DNA from: Acidimicrobiia bacterium
GTDB lineage: Bacteria > Actinomycetota > Acidimicrobiia > Acidimicrobiales > JBBSGY01
Assembly: GCA_039812705.1 (NCBI GenBank)
Contig: JBDIBA010000003.1
Location: 10,566-74,565 of the forward strand
Direction of reading: 5' to 3'
DNA: 64,000 nt
Made by a program: the position numbers and the translations under genes. Shown piece after piece: positions 49,484-59,459 of the stretch. Numbering within the stretch: the stretch's first letter is position 1; each line of letters starts with the position of its first letter. The notes beneath the pieces were generated by a model. It saw nothing but the letters and a program-made list of their open reading frames with translations, made no database searches and was not told the DNA's origin.

Positions 49484-49744
49484 CGCGGTGATGACTGTCA
49501 CAGGGTGGTGACACGATGTCTGACATGAATCGTGAATCTTTCTTGACCACCGGGAAACACTTTGGCCCAAGCAAAACCGCTTCATTCGACCCAAGTTCGT
49601 TTGCTGGCTATTCCAGTTGGCTTGTTCTTGGTTCGTTCTTCCCGTCCAGCACGTCTCAAGCAAGTAAGGTTTGCGCGTTCACTTTTGAGAACCTGCCCCA
49701 CTGTGGGGCTCCCGGTCTTGCATCGGGATCCGAAGGAGGTGGCC

Positions 49745-50110
49745 ATGCGGCCGTATGAAGTCATGATCATTCTCGAAGCCAACGTTGAAGATTCAACGGT
49801 GGACGAGGTGACCAAGAAGACGCAAGACATCGTCAAAGCAGCCAAGGGCGAAGCTGGCGTTGTTGATCGTTGGGGAAAGCGACGTTTCGCTTACGAGTTG
49901 AAGAAGCGATGGGAGGGCTACTACCTGCGTATTGAATTCAAGCTCGACCCAGCCGGCGTTAAAGAGCTGGACCGCCAGCTTTCTCTGGACGACAACGTCC
50001 TTCGTCACAAGGTTGTACGCCTTCCAGACCACATCGCAGGAAAGCAACCTGCCTACAAAGACAGCGAGTCCGAGACTCGTGAAGTCGCAAACACTGGAGC
50101 ATCAGAATGA
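49745..50110 (+). CDS. rpsF: 30S ribosomal protein S6
   Basis: MRPYEVMIIL, preceded by GAAGGAGG. The track ORF start (49562) is an upstream extension. Confidence 0.95.
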   Translation: MRPYEVMIILEANVEDSTVDEVTKKTQDIVKAAKGEAGVVDRWGKRRFAYELKKRWEGYYLRIEFKLDPAGVKELDRQLSLDDNVLRHKVVRLPDHIAGKQPAYKDSESETREVANTGASE

Positions 50111-50589
50111 GTGGAAACAGCGTTTTTCTAGTTGGAAACATCACCAGAGACCCCGAGCTTCGCTACACGCCAAGCGGACAAGCAAACGCAAGCTTTGGTC
50201 TTGCCGTAAACCGTCGCTGGCAAAACCGCCAAACCCAAGAGTGGGAAGAAGCAACATCGTTCTTCGACATTGTTTGTTGGCGAGAAATGGCAGAACACGC
50301 AAGCGAGTCGCTTTCGCGCGGTTCTCGGGTCATGGTCTCTGGGCGTCTCGAGCAGCGTTCTTGGGAAACCCAAGACGGTGACAAGCGTTCCAAAGTTGAG
50401 GTCGTTGCTGACGAAGTAGGCCCAAGCCTTCGCTGGGCTACTGCAGAGGTTCGCAAGACCGAGCGTTCCGGTGGAAGCTTCGGCGGTTCGTCGGGCGGCG
50501 GTAACACTTTCAATAACTCCCAAGACAACAGCAGCAACAATCAGGCCATGGCAAATGCAGGCTGGGGCACAGACGAGGAACCGTTCTAA
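50107..50589 (+). CDS. ssb: Single-stranded DNA-binding protein
   Basis: OB-fold ([18 protein letters not shown]), a Gly/Ser-rich linker and the acidic tip DEEPF. Confidence 0.96.
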   Translation: MSGNSVFLVGNITRDPELRYTPSGQANASFGLAVNRRWQNRQTQEWEEATSFFDIVCWREMAEHASESLSRGSRVMVSGRLEQRSWETQDGDKRSKVEVVADEVGPSLRWATAEVRKTERSGGSFGGSSGGGNTFNNSQDNSSNNQAMANAGWGTDEEPF

Positions 50590-50999
50590 TGGCTAGAAGT
50601 TCAAACAATTCCAGCACTTCCACTTCACGCCGCATCCCTAAAGATGCTCAGCGCATGCGTGGAAAGCGCCCAAGTCCATTCGGTAAAGACGAATGGATTG
50701 ACTACAAGGACATCAACTTGCTGCGTCGCTTCATGAGCGATCGCGGCAAGATCCGTGCTCGTCGCGTTACGGGTGCCGACTCGCAGAAGCAGCGTGAACT
50801 GGCCCGTGCAATCAAGACAGCCCGCGAACTGGCATTGCTGCCTTACTCACAGCGCACCACCACCGAGCGCGCAGGCCGCGGAAACCGCAATGACCGCGAC
50901 CGTCGCAACGACGAGTCTTCTAACGACTCGCCAAACAACGAAGCAACCGGTAGCGAGAACGTGTCAGAGGCGGTAAGCGAAGAGGAGCAGGGCGAATGA
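50589..50999 (+). CDS. rpsR: 30S ribosomal protein S18 with a ~50 aa acidic/Asn-rich C-terminal extension
   Basis: Core [26 protein letters not shown]...[19 protein letters not shown]. The 136 aa total compares with about 80 aa normally. Confidence 0.93.
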   Translation: MARSSNNSSTSTSRRIPKDAQRMRGKRPSPFGKDEWIDYKDINLLRRFMSDRGKIRARRVTGADSQKQRELARAIKTARELALLPYSQRTTTERAGRGNRNDRDRRNDESSNDSPNNEATGSENVSEAVSEEEQGE

Positions 51000-51445
51000 A
51001 AGTAGTACTTCGTCAAGACCTTGAAAAGGTTGGCAAGCGCGGCGACATCGTCGAGGTGGCCAACGGTTTTGCACGCAACTTCTTGCTGCCTCGCGGTCAA
51101 GCAATTGCTGCAAGCAAGGGCATCACTTCACAGGCAAATGCCATGCGTGCTGCACGCGACAAGGCAGATGCAAAGAATCGTGAAGCCGCTGAGCAGATTG
51201 CCAAGCAGATTGTTGGCGCGACAGTGAAGATTTCCGCTCGCGCAGGTGCCGAAGGCAAGCTGTTTGGCTCGGTGACAAACGCCGAAATTGTCGAGGCTGC
51301 AAAGGACCAGCTCAAGATCGACCTTGACCGTCGTCAGATCGAAGGTCACGAGCACCTTCGCACTGTTGGCGAGCACCAGGTTCCCGTGAAGCTTCACCCA
51401 GATGTTCGTGTTTCACTCAACGTTGAAATTGTTGAGACTTCATAA
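50996..51445 (+). CDS. rplI: 50S ribosomal protein L9
   Basis: [38 protein letters not shown] overlap with rpsR. Confidence 0.96.
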   Translation: MKVVLRQDLEKVGKRGDIVEVANGFARNFLLPRGQAIAASKGITSQANAMRAARDKADAKNREAAEQIAKQIVGATVKISARAGAEGKLFGSVTNAEIVEAAKDQLKIDLDRRQIEGHEHLRTVGEHQVPVKLHPDVRVSLNVEIVETS

Positions 51446-51512
51446 CAAGCGTCACTAGGTGTAATCCCCGGCGCGGCGCTCTGCCTCGCTGGGTGATTCA
51501 GAACTACCGGAG

Positions 51513-51556
51513 AAGCCGGGCATCACCTTTCAAGGGAAGGTGGGTCCGGCTTTTTC
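51513..51556 (+). terminator. Probable rho-independent terminator after rplI
   Basis: AGCCGG...CACC / GGTG...CCGGCT imperfect hairpin followed by TTTTT (51551-55). Confidence 0.5.
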
Positions 51557-51603
51557 GTTCCAGTCGACCTGGTCAAATGTCCGTTTTCCACCTTTTGCCC
51601 AAG

Positions 51604-51687
51604 TTATTCCACAGGCCGTGGGTTGTTTCTCACACCCCTGACCAGGCAGTACCCAAGTAATCCCCAACCCTGTGAAAGAAATCCACA
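51604..51687. promoter_or_regulatory. DnaA-box-like motifs upstream of dnaB
   Basis: TTATTCCACA at 51604-13 and GAAATCCACA at 51678-87, both in the same orientation, 50-130 nt upstream of the dnaB GTG. Confidence 0.35.
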
Positions 51688-51736
51688 GGTTTCACCCCTA
51701 GCGATTCACAACCGCCCAGAACAAGAGTGAGCAGCC

Positions 51737-53137
51737 GTGTCACAAGAGAGCGAAGCGCGGTCAATCGACCTAAGAACCAACAACCAGCATTCCGGAAAAA
51801 GGTCGAAAAGCACCGCTGTCGACCGGTTGCCTCCTCACAACCTTTCAGCCGAGGAGTCCTTGCTGGGCGCCATGTTGTTGTCCCGCGACGCAATTGGTCC
51901 GGCCGTTGAAATCTGTTCGGCGCAGGACTTCTACAAGCCCGCCCACGCTCACATCTACGAAGCAATCGTGTCGCTGTGGGGAAGAGGCGAACCAGCCGAC
52001 GCCGTCACGGTTGCAGACGAACTTGGCCGAGCGGAATTGCTCGAATCGGTTGGTGGTGTTTCCACGCTTATCTCGATGCAAGCCAGTACTCCCGCAACAA
52101 CCAATGCACCCCGTTACGCGACGATTATCGAAGAACACTCGCTGTTGCGCCGACTCATCTCGGTCGCTGGTGATATTGCGGAAATGGGTTACCAAGTCCC
52201 AGACAACGTGGCCGACACCATCGACACGGCGGAATCATTGGTGTTCAAGATCGCAGAGCGCCGCGTGGCCAACACCACGGCGTCCATTCGCGAGCTGCTG
52301 GTCAAGTCGCTTGACGAGCTGGAAGCCCTTTACGAGCGTGGCGAATCAATTACCGGTGTGCCAACGGGTTTTGTTGATCTTGACGAACAGCTGTCCGGAC
52401 TGCAGAACCAGGCGCTGTTGATTGTCGGTGCGCGTCCCGCAATGGGAAAGACTTCGTTTGCGTTGAACATTGTCAGCAACGCGGCGCTGCACAACGTGCC
52501 GGTTCTTTACTTTTCGCTCGAAATGGGCCACTCCGAGATCACACAGCGCTTGTTGTGCGGTGAAGCGCGCGTCGATGCGTCGCGCATGCGCAATGGACGC
52601 CTGCATGAAACCGACTGGCCAAAGATCAACCAAGCAATCAGCAGGCTTGGTGAAGCCCCCATTTTCATCGACGACAATCCGCAGTGTTCAATCATGGACA
52701 TTCGCGCAAAGGCCCGTCGTTTAAAGGCTTCTGCAGGTGGTCTTGGTTTGGTGGTTGTGGACTACATCCAGCTGATGTCTGGTCGCGGTGGGTCCGAAAG
52801 TCGTCAGCTCGAAGTGTCAGAAATCAGTCGCGGTCTCAAGATCCTTGCTCGCGAGCTCGACGTTCCAGTTATTGGCTTGTCGCAGCTGTCCAGAAACCTG
52901 GAACAACGCACAGACAAGCGTCCGGTTCTTGCCGACTTGCGTGAATCCGGTTCGTTGGAACAAGACGCCGACGTCGTCATGTTCTTGTATCGCGATGAGG
53001 TGTACAACCAGGAATCACCAGAACGTGGAGTTGCGGAGATCATTGTCGCGAAGCACCGCAACGGCCCCGTTGGCACAACCAAGCTTGCATTTATTGACCG
53101 TTACACGCGTTTTGCCAACATGGCCCGCGGCAATTAG
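51737..53137 (+). CDS. dnaB: Replicative DNA helicase DnaB
   Basis: PPHNLSAEESLLGAML N-terminal domain, Walker A GARPAMGKTSF, Walker B VVDYIQLM. 466 aa with no intein. Confidence 0.97.
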   Translation: MSQESEARSIDLRTNNQHSGKRSKSTAVDRLPPHNLSAEESLLGAMLLSRDAIGPAVEICSAQDFYKPAHAHIYEAIVSLWGRGEPADAVTVADELGRAELLESVGGVSTLISMQASTPATTNAPRYATIIEEHSLLRRLISVAGDIAEMGYQVPDNVADTIDTAESLVFKIAERRVANTTASIRELLVKSLDELEALYERGESITGVPTGFVDLDEQLSGLQNQALLIVGARPAMGKTSFALNIVSNAALHNVPVLYFSLEMGHSEITQRLLCGEARVDASRMRNGRLHETDWPKINQAISRLGEAPIFIDDNPQCSIMDIRAKARRLKASAGGLGLVVVDYIQLMSGRGGSESRQLEVSEISRGLKILARELDVPVIGLSQLSRNLEQRTDKRPVLADLRESGSLEQDADVVMFLYRDEVYNQESPERGVAEIIVAKHRNGPVGTTKLAFIDRYTRFANMARGN

Positions 53138-53188
53138 GCGCAAGACGATTGGTGTCTTCACTAGGTTGCCACGCATGACTGATTCTGG

Positions 53189-53956
53189 GTGCCGACGTTC
53201 GTGAGCCACGCGTCATGGATGCGCAAGCCCGTTGGTGGGGCCTTTTTTGGCTTCATGGTCGGCGTCGCGTTGGTCGGATTGTTGATCGCGATTGGCGTTC
53301 CGCCAACAGATCGGCGTTCGTCAGCATTCAGTGAGGTTCTCAAGAGCAAGGGTCGACCAGCCGTAGAGGAGAACGCATCCGAACAGCTTGTTAATGCTTG
53401 GAGAAACAAGCTCACCGGCAATTACATGGTGACAAGTGATTTCAAAAGGACCGCTTCGGATGGTCGTGAAATCTCGCAAACGTCAATCTCGGCAAAGAGT
53501 GGCAACGACGAAGTCTTGGTCAGCGGTGGGGATGTGACCTCAACGTTTGATCAAAAGCGATTGGTTTGCACAGCGCCAAACGAAACCGCTGCCTCGGCAG
53601 CTCGCTCATCATGTCGCGGACCCGTCCCGGTTGATCCGGCGAAAGAAGACGAGCAGGAACTGGCGAACGTCTCCAACCTGGTGCTGGGAAGAGGCGCGCG
53701 CTATCTGGTCACTCAGCGGCCCGACTCCTGTTTTGAGGTGCGAGCACGCCAAGTCGCAAACTCTCCCGCTGTCGCGCTTACGGCCTTGCAGTGGGGGAAC
53801 AGCGCCGTTTTCTGTTTTGACGAGCAGTCGGGCGCTGTCACCAGCAGTCGCATCTTCAAAGATGCGGCAATCGATGTGTCCACGTCGAAGTCAATCCAAA
53901 ACAACATCACGCGCAACGATCTTGAAGCCTTGGTTGCGCGGTTCACGCCTCGTTGA
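53189..53956 (+). CDS. Hypothetical membrane-anchored protein
   Basis: One N-terminal TM helix (FFGFMVGVALVGLLIAIGV) and a soluble beta-rich remainder with paired Cys residues. No family recognised. Confidence 0.6.
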   Translation: MPTFVSHASWMRKPVGGAFFGFMVGVALVGLLIAIGVPPTDRRSSAFSEVLKSKGRPAVEENASEQLVNAWRNKLTGNYMVTSDFKRTASDGREISQTSISAKSGNDEVLVSGGDVTSTFDQKRLVCTAPNETAASAARSSCRGPVPVDPAKEDEQELANVSNLVLGRGARYLVTQRPDSCFEVRARQVANSPAVALTALQWGNSAVFCFDEQSGAVTSSRIFKDAAIDVSTSKSIQNNITRNDLEALVARFTPR

Positions 53957-54020
53957 ATCCGGTGTTTCGCCCTGCTTGACGGTCACGGATTTTGACCTGG
54001 GCACACTAAGGTTTCCCGCC

Positions 54021-55067
54021 GTGAGCGCAACTGTCGAACAGATCCTCGAAGAATTGAAGCGCGTTCGCGAAAGCGACCTGCCAAAGGCTGCCGCTGCGCA
54101 AACCGAGGATGAAGTTAAAGCAATCGAACGAGAGTTGCTGGGCAAGAAATCGGCTTGGAAGTCGGCCTCAGAGTCCATCAAGTCACTGGACCCAGCCGAT
54201 CGCCCTGCAATGGGACAGGCTCTTTCGCAGCACAGGGCCGAAGTGACCGCGGTAATTGCAGATCGCTTGGAGGCCATTGCGGCAGAACAACAGCAATCCG
54301 GGGCGAGTCGTATTGACCTAACAGTTGTTGCGCCTGGTTCAAAACGCGGTCACGTCCACCCGGTCACTCAGGTTGCAAACGAGTTGATGGACATCTTCTT
54401 GGGCATGGGTTACTCGATTGCCGAGGGGCCAGAAATCGAAACCGACTGGTACAACTTTGAGGCCCTGAACGTTCCTAAGAGCCACCCGGCGCGCGACATG
54501 CAAGACACCATGTACGTAGACCGCGGTGCGCCTAAGAGCTCGGTAATGCGCACGCAAACATCGAATGTGCAGATCCGCACCATGTTGAGCGGTCCGCCGC
54601 CTGTTTATGTTGTGGCCCCTGGTCGCGTGTTTCGTCAGGAAGCAACCGACGCAAGGCACTCACCCGTGTTCCACCAGATTGAAGGCTTGGCGGTTGATGA
54701 AGGCATCACGCTCGGCGACATGTTTGGCGTCATCAAAACCTTCGTCGGTGCGTTGTTCGGCGATGGCATTCAGACGCGCTTTCAGCCTTCCTACTTCCCG
54801 TTCACTGAACCGTCGGCGGAGTTTGCTGCGCAATGCGTATTTTGCGCAGGCGATGGCTGTCGTGTGTGCTCCAAGACCGGATGGATCGAGCTTGGCGGTT
54901 GCGGAATGGTTGACCCGAATGTGTTTGAAGCCGTTGGCTACGACCCCGAGCAGGTGAGTGGTTTTGCGTTCGGGTTTGGCCTGGAGCGCATTGCCATGTT
55001 GCGCCACGACATCGACACCATTGGTTCATTGTTCACAAACGACGTCCGTTTTCTCGGTCAGTTCTAG
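54021..55067 (+). CDS. pheS: Phenylalanine--tRNA ligase alpha subunit
   Basis: GTG start at 54021 (MSATVEQILEEL). Class II motifs HPARDMQDT, FRQEATDARHSPVFHQIEG and GFAFGFGLERIAM. The track ORF is artificially extended to 53547. Confidence 0.95.
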   Translation: MSATVEQILEELKRVRESDLPKAAAAQTEDEVKAIERELLGKKSAWKSASESIKSLDPADRPAMGQALSQHRAEVTAVIADRLEAIAAEQQQSGASRIDLTVVAPGSKRGHVHPVTQVANELMDIFLGMGYSIAEGPEIETDWYNFEALNVPKSHPARDMQDTMYVDRGAPKSSVMRTQTSNVQIRTMLSGPPPVYVVAPGRVFRQEATDARHSPVFHQIEGLAVDEGITLGDMFGVIKTFVGALFGDGIQTRFQPSYFPFTEPSAEFAAQCVFCAGDGCRVCSKTGWIELGGCGMVDPNVFEAVGYDPEQVSGFAFGFGLERIAMLRHDIDTIGSLFTNDVRFLGQF

Positions 55068-55076
55068 GAAGCGCTC

Positions 55077-57464
55077 ATGCAGATTCCCCTTTCATGGATT
55101 CAAGAGTTCGTTGAGCTCGACAAGACGCCGCAAGAGATTGAAGCGGCTTTCAACCAACTAGGCATTGAGGTTGAAGGTGTGACGACTCCAGGCGCTGACG
55201 TCGTGGGCGTGCGCGCTGTCAAGATCATTGACGTCAACCCGCACCCCGATGCAGACAGATTGCGTCTCGCCGACATCGATCTTGGTGACGAGCAACGCAG
55301 AATCGTGTGTGGTGCTCCCAAGCTCGAAGTCGGAATGATGGTTCCATACGCGGCATCTGGCGTCACCCTTCCAAACGGCATGACGCTCGATAAGCGCAAG
55401 ATCCGTGGTGTTGTCTCAGACGGCATGCTTTGTTCGCCTGCAGAACTAGGCGTCAGTGAAGATCACGCGTCGGGATTGCTTGAGTTGCCAGCCGAGGCCG
55501 AAGTGGGCCAAGACGTTGGCGAACTCTTGGGCAAGGGCGAGGTTGTCTTCGAGTTCTCGATCACGCCAAACAGGCCAGATGCAATGTGCGTAACTGGCTT
55601 GGCGCGCGATTTGGCGGCCTATTTCAAGCTCGATCTAAAGAAGCAGTCACACATTGCTGCGCCAATCGAAACCTCAAACGAGGGCAGCTTGGCGGAAATT
55701 ACCGTGTCAAACGCGGAGCGTTGTCCGCGTTACATCGGATGGCTTGCAGATGTGAAGGTCGGACCATCGCCGAAATGGATGGCGGAACGGTTGACTCTGG
55801 CTGGCTTGCGTCCGGTCAATAACGTGGTTGATGTCACGAACTATGTGCTGCTTGAGTACAACCAGCCGTTGCACGCGTTCGATTTTGATGTGGTTGGCGG
55901 TATCCATGTTCGTAACGCAACAAGCGGAGAATCCGTTGTAACCCTTGACGGCAAGTCTCGAACCTTGACTGACGAAGACTTGTTGATTTGCGACGCGCAA
56001 GATCGCCCGCAAGCAATTGCCGGCGTGATGGGCGCGCAGCACTCCGAAATCACAGAGAAGACAACGCGCATCCTTCTTGAGGCGGCTTACTTTGAGCCCG
56101 TTGGCATTGGCTTTACGTCACGTCGACTGGGTCTGCGTACCGACGCTTCGTCACGTTTCGATAGAGGCATTGACCCCAACGGTGTAGCTGGTGCGGCGGC
56201 TCGAGCAATGGAGCTGTTGATCCAAGTTGCCGATGCCAAGGTTCAGTCGCATTTTGCAGACACGAACCCTGAACCAGTTGCGCGCAAAGTTCTCGATGTT
56301 CGCATCAACCGGGTTAACCGCCTTATCGGAATCGACATAACAGGTGACGAAATGTCGCAGCTGCTGACCCCGATTGGGTTTGAAGTAGAAGTCGCTGACG
56401 CAGACATGAAGGTTGCTGTGCCAACGTTTCGTCCCGACGTCACTCGCGAGATCGACGTCGTCGAAGAAGTCGCTCGTATGTACGGCTATTCGAATGTGAC
56501 TGCAACTCTTACCAACAGGTCATTCCATCGTGGTGCATTGACACGAGAACAGCAGAACCGACGCGCCATTGGACAGGTGATGATCGGGCTTGGTTTCGAT
56601 GAAGCCAAGTGCTTCCCACTTGTTGCTCCAAGCGAAGCCGAGTTGTTCGGCACTCTGCAAAAAGACCGTATTGCTGTTGCTAATCCGCTTCGCGAAGACG
56701 AGTCCATCGTTACTTCAACGCTGCTTCCAGGTTTGTTGAAATCGGTCCGATTGAACTTGTCGCGTGGTGCCAAAGACGTTGCGCTTTTCGAGACCGACCG
56801 TGTGTTTGAAGAGTCAAACGAGGAACTTCCAAAGGAAAGTGTTTCGTTTGCCGCAGTTGCTTGCGGAGCGCGCGACGAGCGCCCATTAGGTGACGAGAAA
56901 GCTTATGACGCGTTCACAATGACATCAGCGCTCAATCAACTGGTTGCCGAACTAAAGCTGACCGATGTTCAACTCAAACCGGCAATGGTTATTGGTTTCG
57001 ATGCTGATACTTCGCACGCTGTGCTTGTTGATGGAAAAGAAGCAGGTGCGGTGGGCTTGATTGACAAGCGTGTTGCTTCGTACTTCGGCATCACCGAGCC
57101 GGTTGCTGCAATGGAGCTTGCAACCGAGGTGCTTGCGAACGCGTCGCGTAAGCCGAGACTGCATAAGGCGCCAAGTGTGCAGCCTCCGTCGTTCTTCGAC
57201 CTTGCATTTCTTGTCGACAAGTCCGTCACGGCAGCCGACCTAACCAGCACGGTTTACAAGGCAGGTGGCGAGCGGGTCGAGAGCGCGAGGGTGTTCGACC
57301 TTTACGAAGGCTCTCATGTTCCAAAGGGAAAGAAGAGCATTGCCATTGCAATAACGGTTCGTGATGCCACCGACACTTTGACTGACAAGGACATTCATCA
57401 GGTCCGCGACGCGTGCATCGCTGCTGCATCAAAGCGTCTGGGCGCGGAACTGCGCGGCGAATAG
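55077..57464 (+). CDS. pheT: Phenylalanine--tRNA ligase beta subunit
   Basis: MQIPLSWIQEFV, an N-terminal tRNA-binding OB domain, B3/4 and B5 domains and a C-terminal FDX-ACB domain. 795 aa. Confidence 0.96.
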   Translation: MQIPLSWIQEFVELDKTPQEIEAAFNQLGIEVEGVTTPGADVVGVRAVKIIDVNPHPDADRLRLADIDLGDEQRRIVCGAPKLEVGMMVPYAASGVTLPNGMTLDKRKIRGVVSDGMLCSPAELGVSEDHASGLLELPAEAEVGQDVGELLGKGEVVFEFSITPNRPDAMCVTGLARDLAAYFKLDLKKQSHIAAPIETSNEGSLAEITVSNAERCPRYIGWLADVKVGPSPKWMAERLTLAGLRPVNNVVDVTNYVLLEYNQPLHAFDFDVVGGIHVRNATSGESVVTLDGKSRTLTDEDLLICDAQDRPQAIAGVMGAQHSEITEKTTRILLEAAYFEPVGIGFTSRRLGLRTDASSRFDRGIDPNGVAGAAARAMELLIQVADAKVQSHFADTNPEPVARKVLDVRINRVNRLIGIDITGDEMSQLLTPIGFEVEVADADMKVAVPTFRPDVTREIDVVEEVARMYGYSNVTATLTNRSFHRGALTREQQNRRAIGQVMIGLGFDEAKCFPLVAPSEAELFGTLQKDRIAVANPLREDESIVTSTLLPGLLKSVRLNLSRGAKDVALFETDRVFEESNEELPKESVSFAAVACGARDERPLGDEKAYDAFTMTSALNQLVAELKLTDVQLKPAMVIGFDADTSHAVLVDGKEAGAVGLIDKRVASYFGITEPVAAMELATEVLANASRKPRLHKAPSVQPPSFFDLAFLVDKSVTAADLTSTVYKAGGERVESARVFDLYEGSHVPKGKKSIAIAITVRDATDTLTDKDIHQVRDACIAAASKRLGAELRGE

Positions 57465-57468
57465 TTCT

Positions 57469-57786
57469 TTACGAAGCGTGCGGGGCTAGCAATTCAAGCC
57501 CCGGAATGTTCCGTAACACCCCGAAGGCCACTAGTGCCAGGGCAAGAACTGCAACAACCCGTTCGACCTGTGTGGATCGAAACGGGTTGGTCGCAAGGTT
57601 GATAAGTGAAAGCGATTTCCAGCCAATGAGCCCTACGAGAACTGCAAGTGTCGGAAACAGCAACCAGTTAAACGACAGTGCGCTTGAGATGTCGCCGTTT
57701 AGTAAGGCTGTTACCGCACGTGTTGCACCGCAACCCGGGCAATGAAGCCCGGTAATTGCGTAGAAGTAACAGGGCGGCAAGGCCAT
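57469..57786 (-). CDS. DUF2752 domain-containing membrane protein
   Basis: N-terminal CPGCGATRA motif followed by three hydrophobic helices. 105 aa. Confidence 0.75.
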   Translation of the reverse strand: MALPPCYFYAITGLHCPGCGATRAVTALLNGDISSALSFNWLLFPTLAVLVGLIGWKSLSLINLATNPFRSTQVERVVAVLALALVAFGVLRNIPGLELLAPHAS

Positions 57787-57805
57787 GACTCAGGATTGGT
57801 GACGC

Positions 57806-58144
57806 TTAGAAGTCGAGGTTCGGGTAAGCGGTTGAGGCCGTAGTCGAAAGTGCGTCGCTTGCCGAGACGGCAATCACGACTATGTACACAATGGCGAACA
57901 GAATGGCAAGCACGAAGCCGATGATGAGACAGATCTTGGCAATCTTGAACTTGCTGTCGCCGTCTGCCTTGTCGCCCCGGTCATACGAGTTGTTTCCAAG
58001 CACGGCCATGACAATGGTGATCGCACCCAGAGGCGTGCAGCAGAAGCAGGCGAGTACGCCCAGCACCAAGTAGATCGTGAAGTTTTTTCGCTCGGTCGGT
58101 GGAACTGGAGTCGGGGTGGGAGTGCTGTCAGGGAAGTTGGACAT
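57806..58144 (-). CDS. CD225/dispanin (IFITM-like) family protein, paralogue A
   Basis: 112 aa from MSNFPDS (ATG 58144). Pro-rich N-terminus, first hydrophobic segment with CFCCTPLG, conserved loop NSYDRGDKADGDSKFKIAKI, then a second TM helix. Confidence 0.75.
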   Translation of the reverse strand: MSNFPDSTPTPTPVPPTERKNFTIYLVLGVLACFCCTPLGAITIVMAVLGNNSYDRGDKADGDSKFKIAKICLIIGFVLAILFAIVYIVVIAVSASDALSTTASTAYPNLDF

Positions 58145-58301
58145 GACGGTCCTTTGGTGAGATGTGGGCTTGTCGGCTAGTCGCCAGCGGCCATTGTGCC
58201 GCATTTCATGGCCAGGCATCGGTTTTGCGCTTCGCAGATACTGCAGCCTGCCAACGTCTGTGGTCAAGCGGTCCGCGGCAGCGGTCTGAACCGGTCAGAA
58301 T

Positions 58302-59390
58302 GTGGACATGAGTAGCGTTCCCAATGCGTCCTACGAGTCCGCCCTGGCCAGAAGTGCCGAGATCGAGCAGCGGCTTCAGGTCAAGCCAACCGATTTCCGG
58401 GTTTTGACGGGCGACAGACCCACCGGCCGCCTCCACGTGGGTCACTACTTTGGCTCGCTGCAAAACCGCGTCCGCCTTCAGAACAAGGCTGTGCCGATCA
58501 TCGTTCTGATTGCCGATTACCAGGTGATTACCGACCGTGAGGGAAGTAAGGGGACTAATCAATTCATCCCCGAGATGCTTCTTGACTACATGGCGGTTGG
58601 TATTGACCCTGCTCGGGCAACCATCTTCGCCCACTCGGCGGTCCCCGAAGAGAACCAGTTGCTGCTGCCGTTTTTGAGCCTTGTTTCGATGGGCGAACTA
58701 GAGCGGAACCCAACCGTCAAAGACGAGATCCGCGCGGCGAACCGTCCTGCGGTGAGTGGGTTGATGTTCACATACCCGGTCCACCAGGCCGTCGACATCT
58801 TGTTCTGCAAGGCCAACCTTGTGCCGGTTGGCAAGGATCAACTGCCGCACCTTGAGCTGACCCGCACAATTGCCAAGCGGTTCAACGATGTTTATTGCGG
58901 CGGGGAAGAGTTCTTCCCGATGCCGGAGGCATTGTTGAGCAATGCACCGGCGCTGCTTGGAACCGACGGCCGAAAAATGAGCAAGAGCTTTGGTAACGCA
59001 ATTCAGATCGGCATGAGCGCTGACGAAACGGCGGCGCTGTTGAAGAAGGCAAAGACGGATTCTGAGCGGCAGATCACTTTTGACCCAGAGGCTCGTCCCG
59101 AGGTTTCAAGTTTGCTGACCCTTGCTGGTTTGTGCGTGGACAGAGATCCTCGATCAATTGCCGACGAGTTAGGTGATGGTGGTGGTGCCGCACTGAAGGC
59201 ATTCGTTACCGATGCCGTGAACACGTACTTTGAGCCCATTCGCGCCCGCCGCGCGGAGCTTGCGAAGGACATGACCACAGTTCATGAGGCATTGGTGGAA
59301 GGTAACGAGCGCGCGCGAACGTTTGCGCGTCAGACGTTGCAAGAAGTGCGCGACGCCATGGACATGAATTACAACGACATGCGTTTCTAA
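58302..59390 (+). CDS. trpS: Tryptophan--tRNA ligase
   Basis: HIGH-type motif GRLHVGHYFG, plus KMSKS. About 360 aa. Confidence 0.93.
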   Translation: MDMSSVPNASYESALARSAEIEQRLQVKPTDFRVLTGDRPTGRLHVGHYFGSLQNRVRLQNKAVPIIVLIADYQVITDREGSKGTNQFIPEMLLDYMAVGIDPARATIFAHSAVPEENQLLLPFLSLVSMGELERNPTVKDEIRAANRPAVSGLMFTYPVHQAVDILFCKANLVPVGKDQLPHLELTRTIAKRFNDVYCGGEEFFPMPEALLSNAPALLGTDGRKMSKSFGNAIQIGMSADETAALLKKAKTDSERQITFDPEARPEVSSLLTLAGLCVDRDPRSIADELGDGGGAALKAFVTDAVNTYFEPIRARRAELAKDMTTVHEALVEGNERARTFARQTLQEVRDAMDMNYNDMRF

Positions 59391-59417
59391 CGAACCGCGA
59401 AAAGTCAGCAAACAAAA

Positions 59418-59446
59418 ACCCGCTGCCCAAGTTGTAGGCAGCGGGT
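59418..59446. terminator. Bidirectional terminator between convergent trpS and a CD225 gene
   Basis: ACCCGCTGCC-(9 nt loop)-GGCAGCGGGT, preceded by AAAAA on the + strand. Confidence 0.7.
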
Positions 59447-59459
59447 CTATTAACTTGTG

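Noticed and set aside
53547-54020. 158-codon upstream extension of pheS overlapping the 53189..53956 gene
   Set aside because: PheS homology starts at the GTG at 54021 (MSATVEQILEEL), giving a normal 348-aa protein. The extension overlaps another plausible gene in a different frame.
58145-58301. Possible T-box or other leader upstream of trpS
   Set aside because: I could not find a T-box motif (AGGGTGGNACCGCG-like), a specifier-loop architecture or a terminator/antiterminator pair. The region is more simply a divergent promoter spacer.
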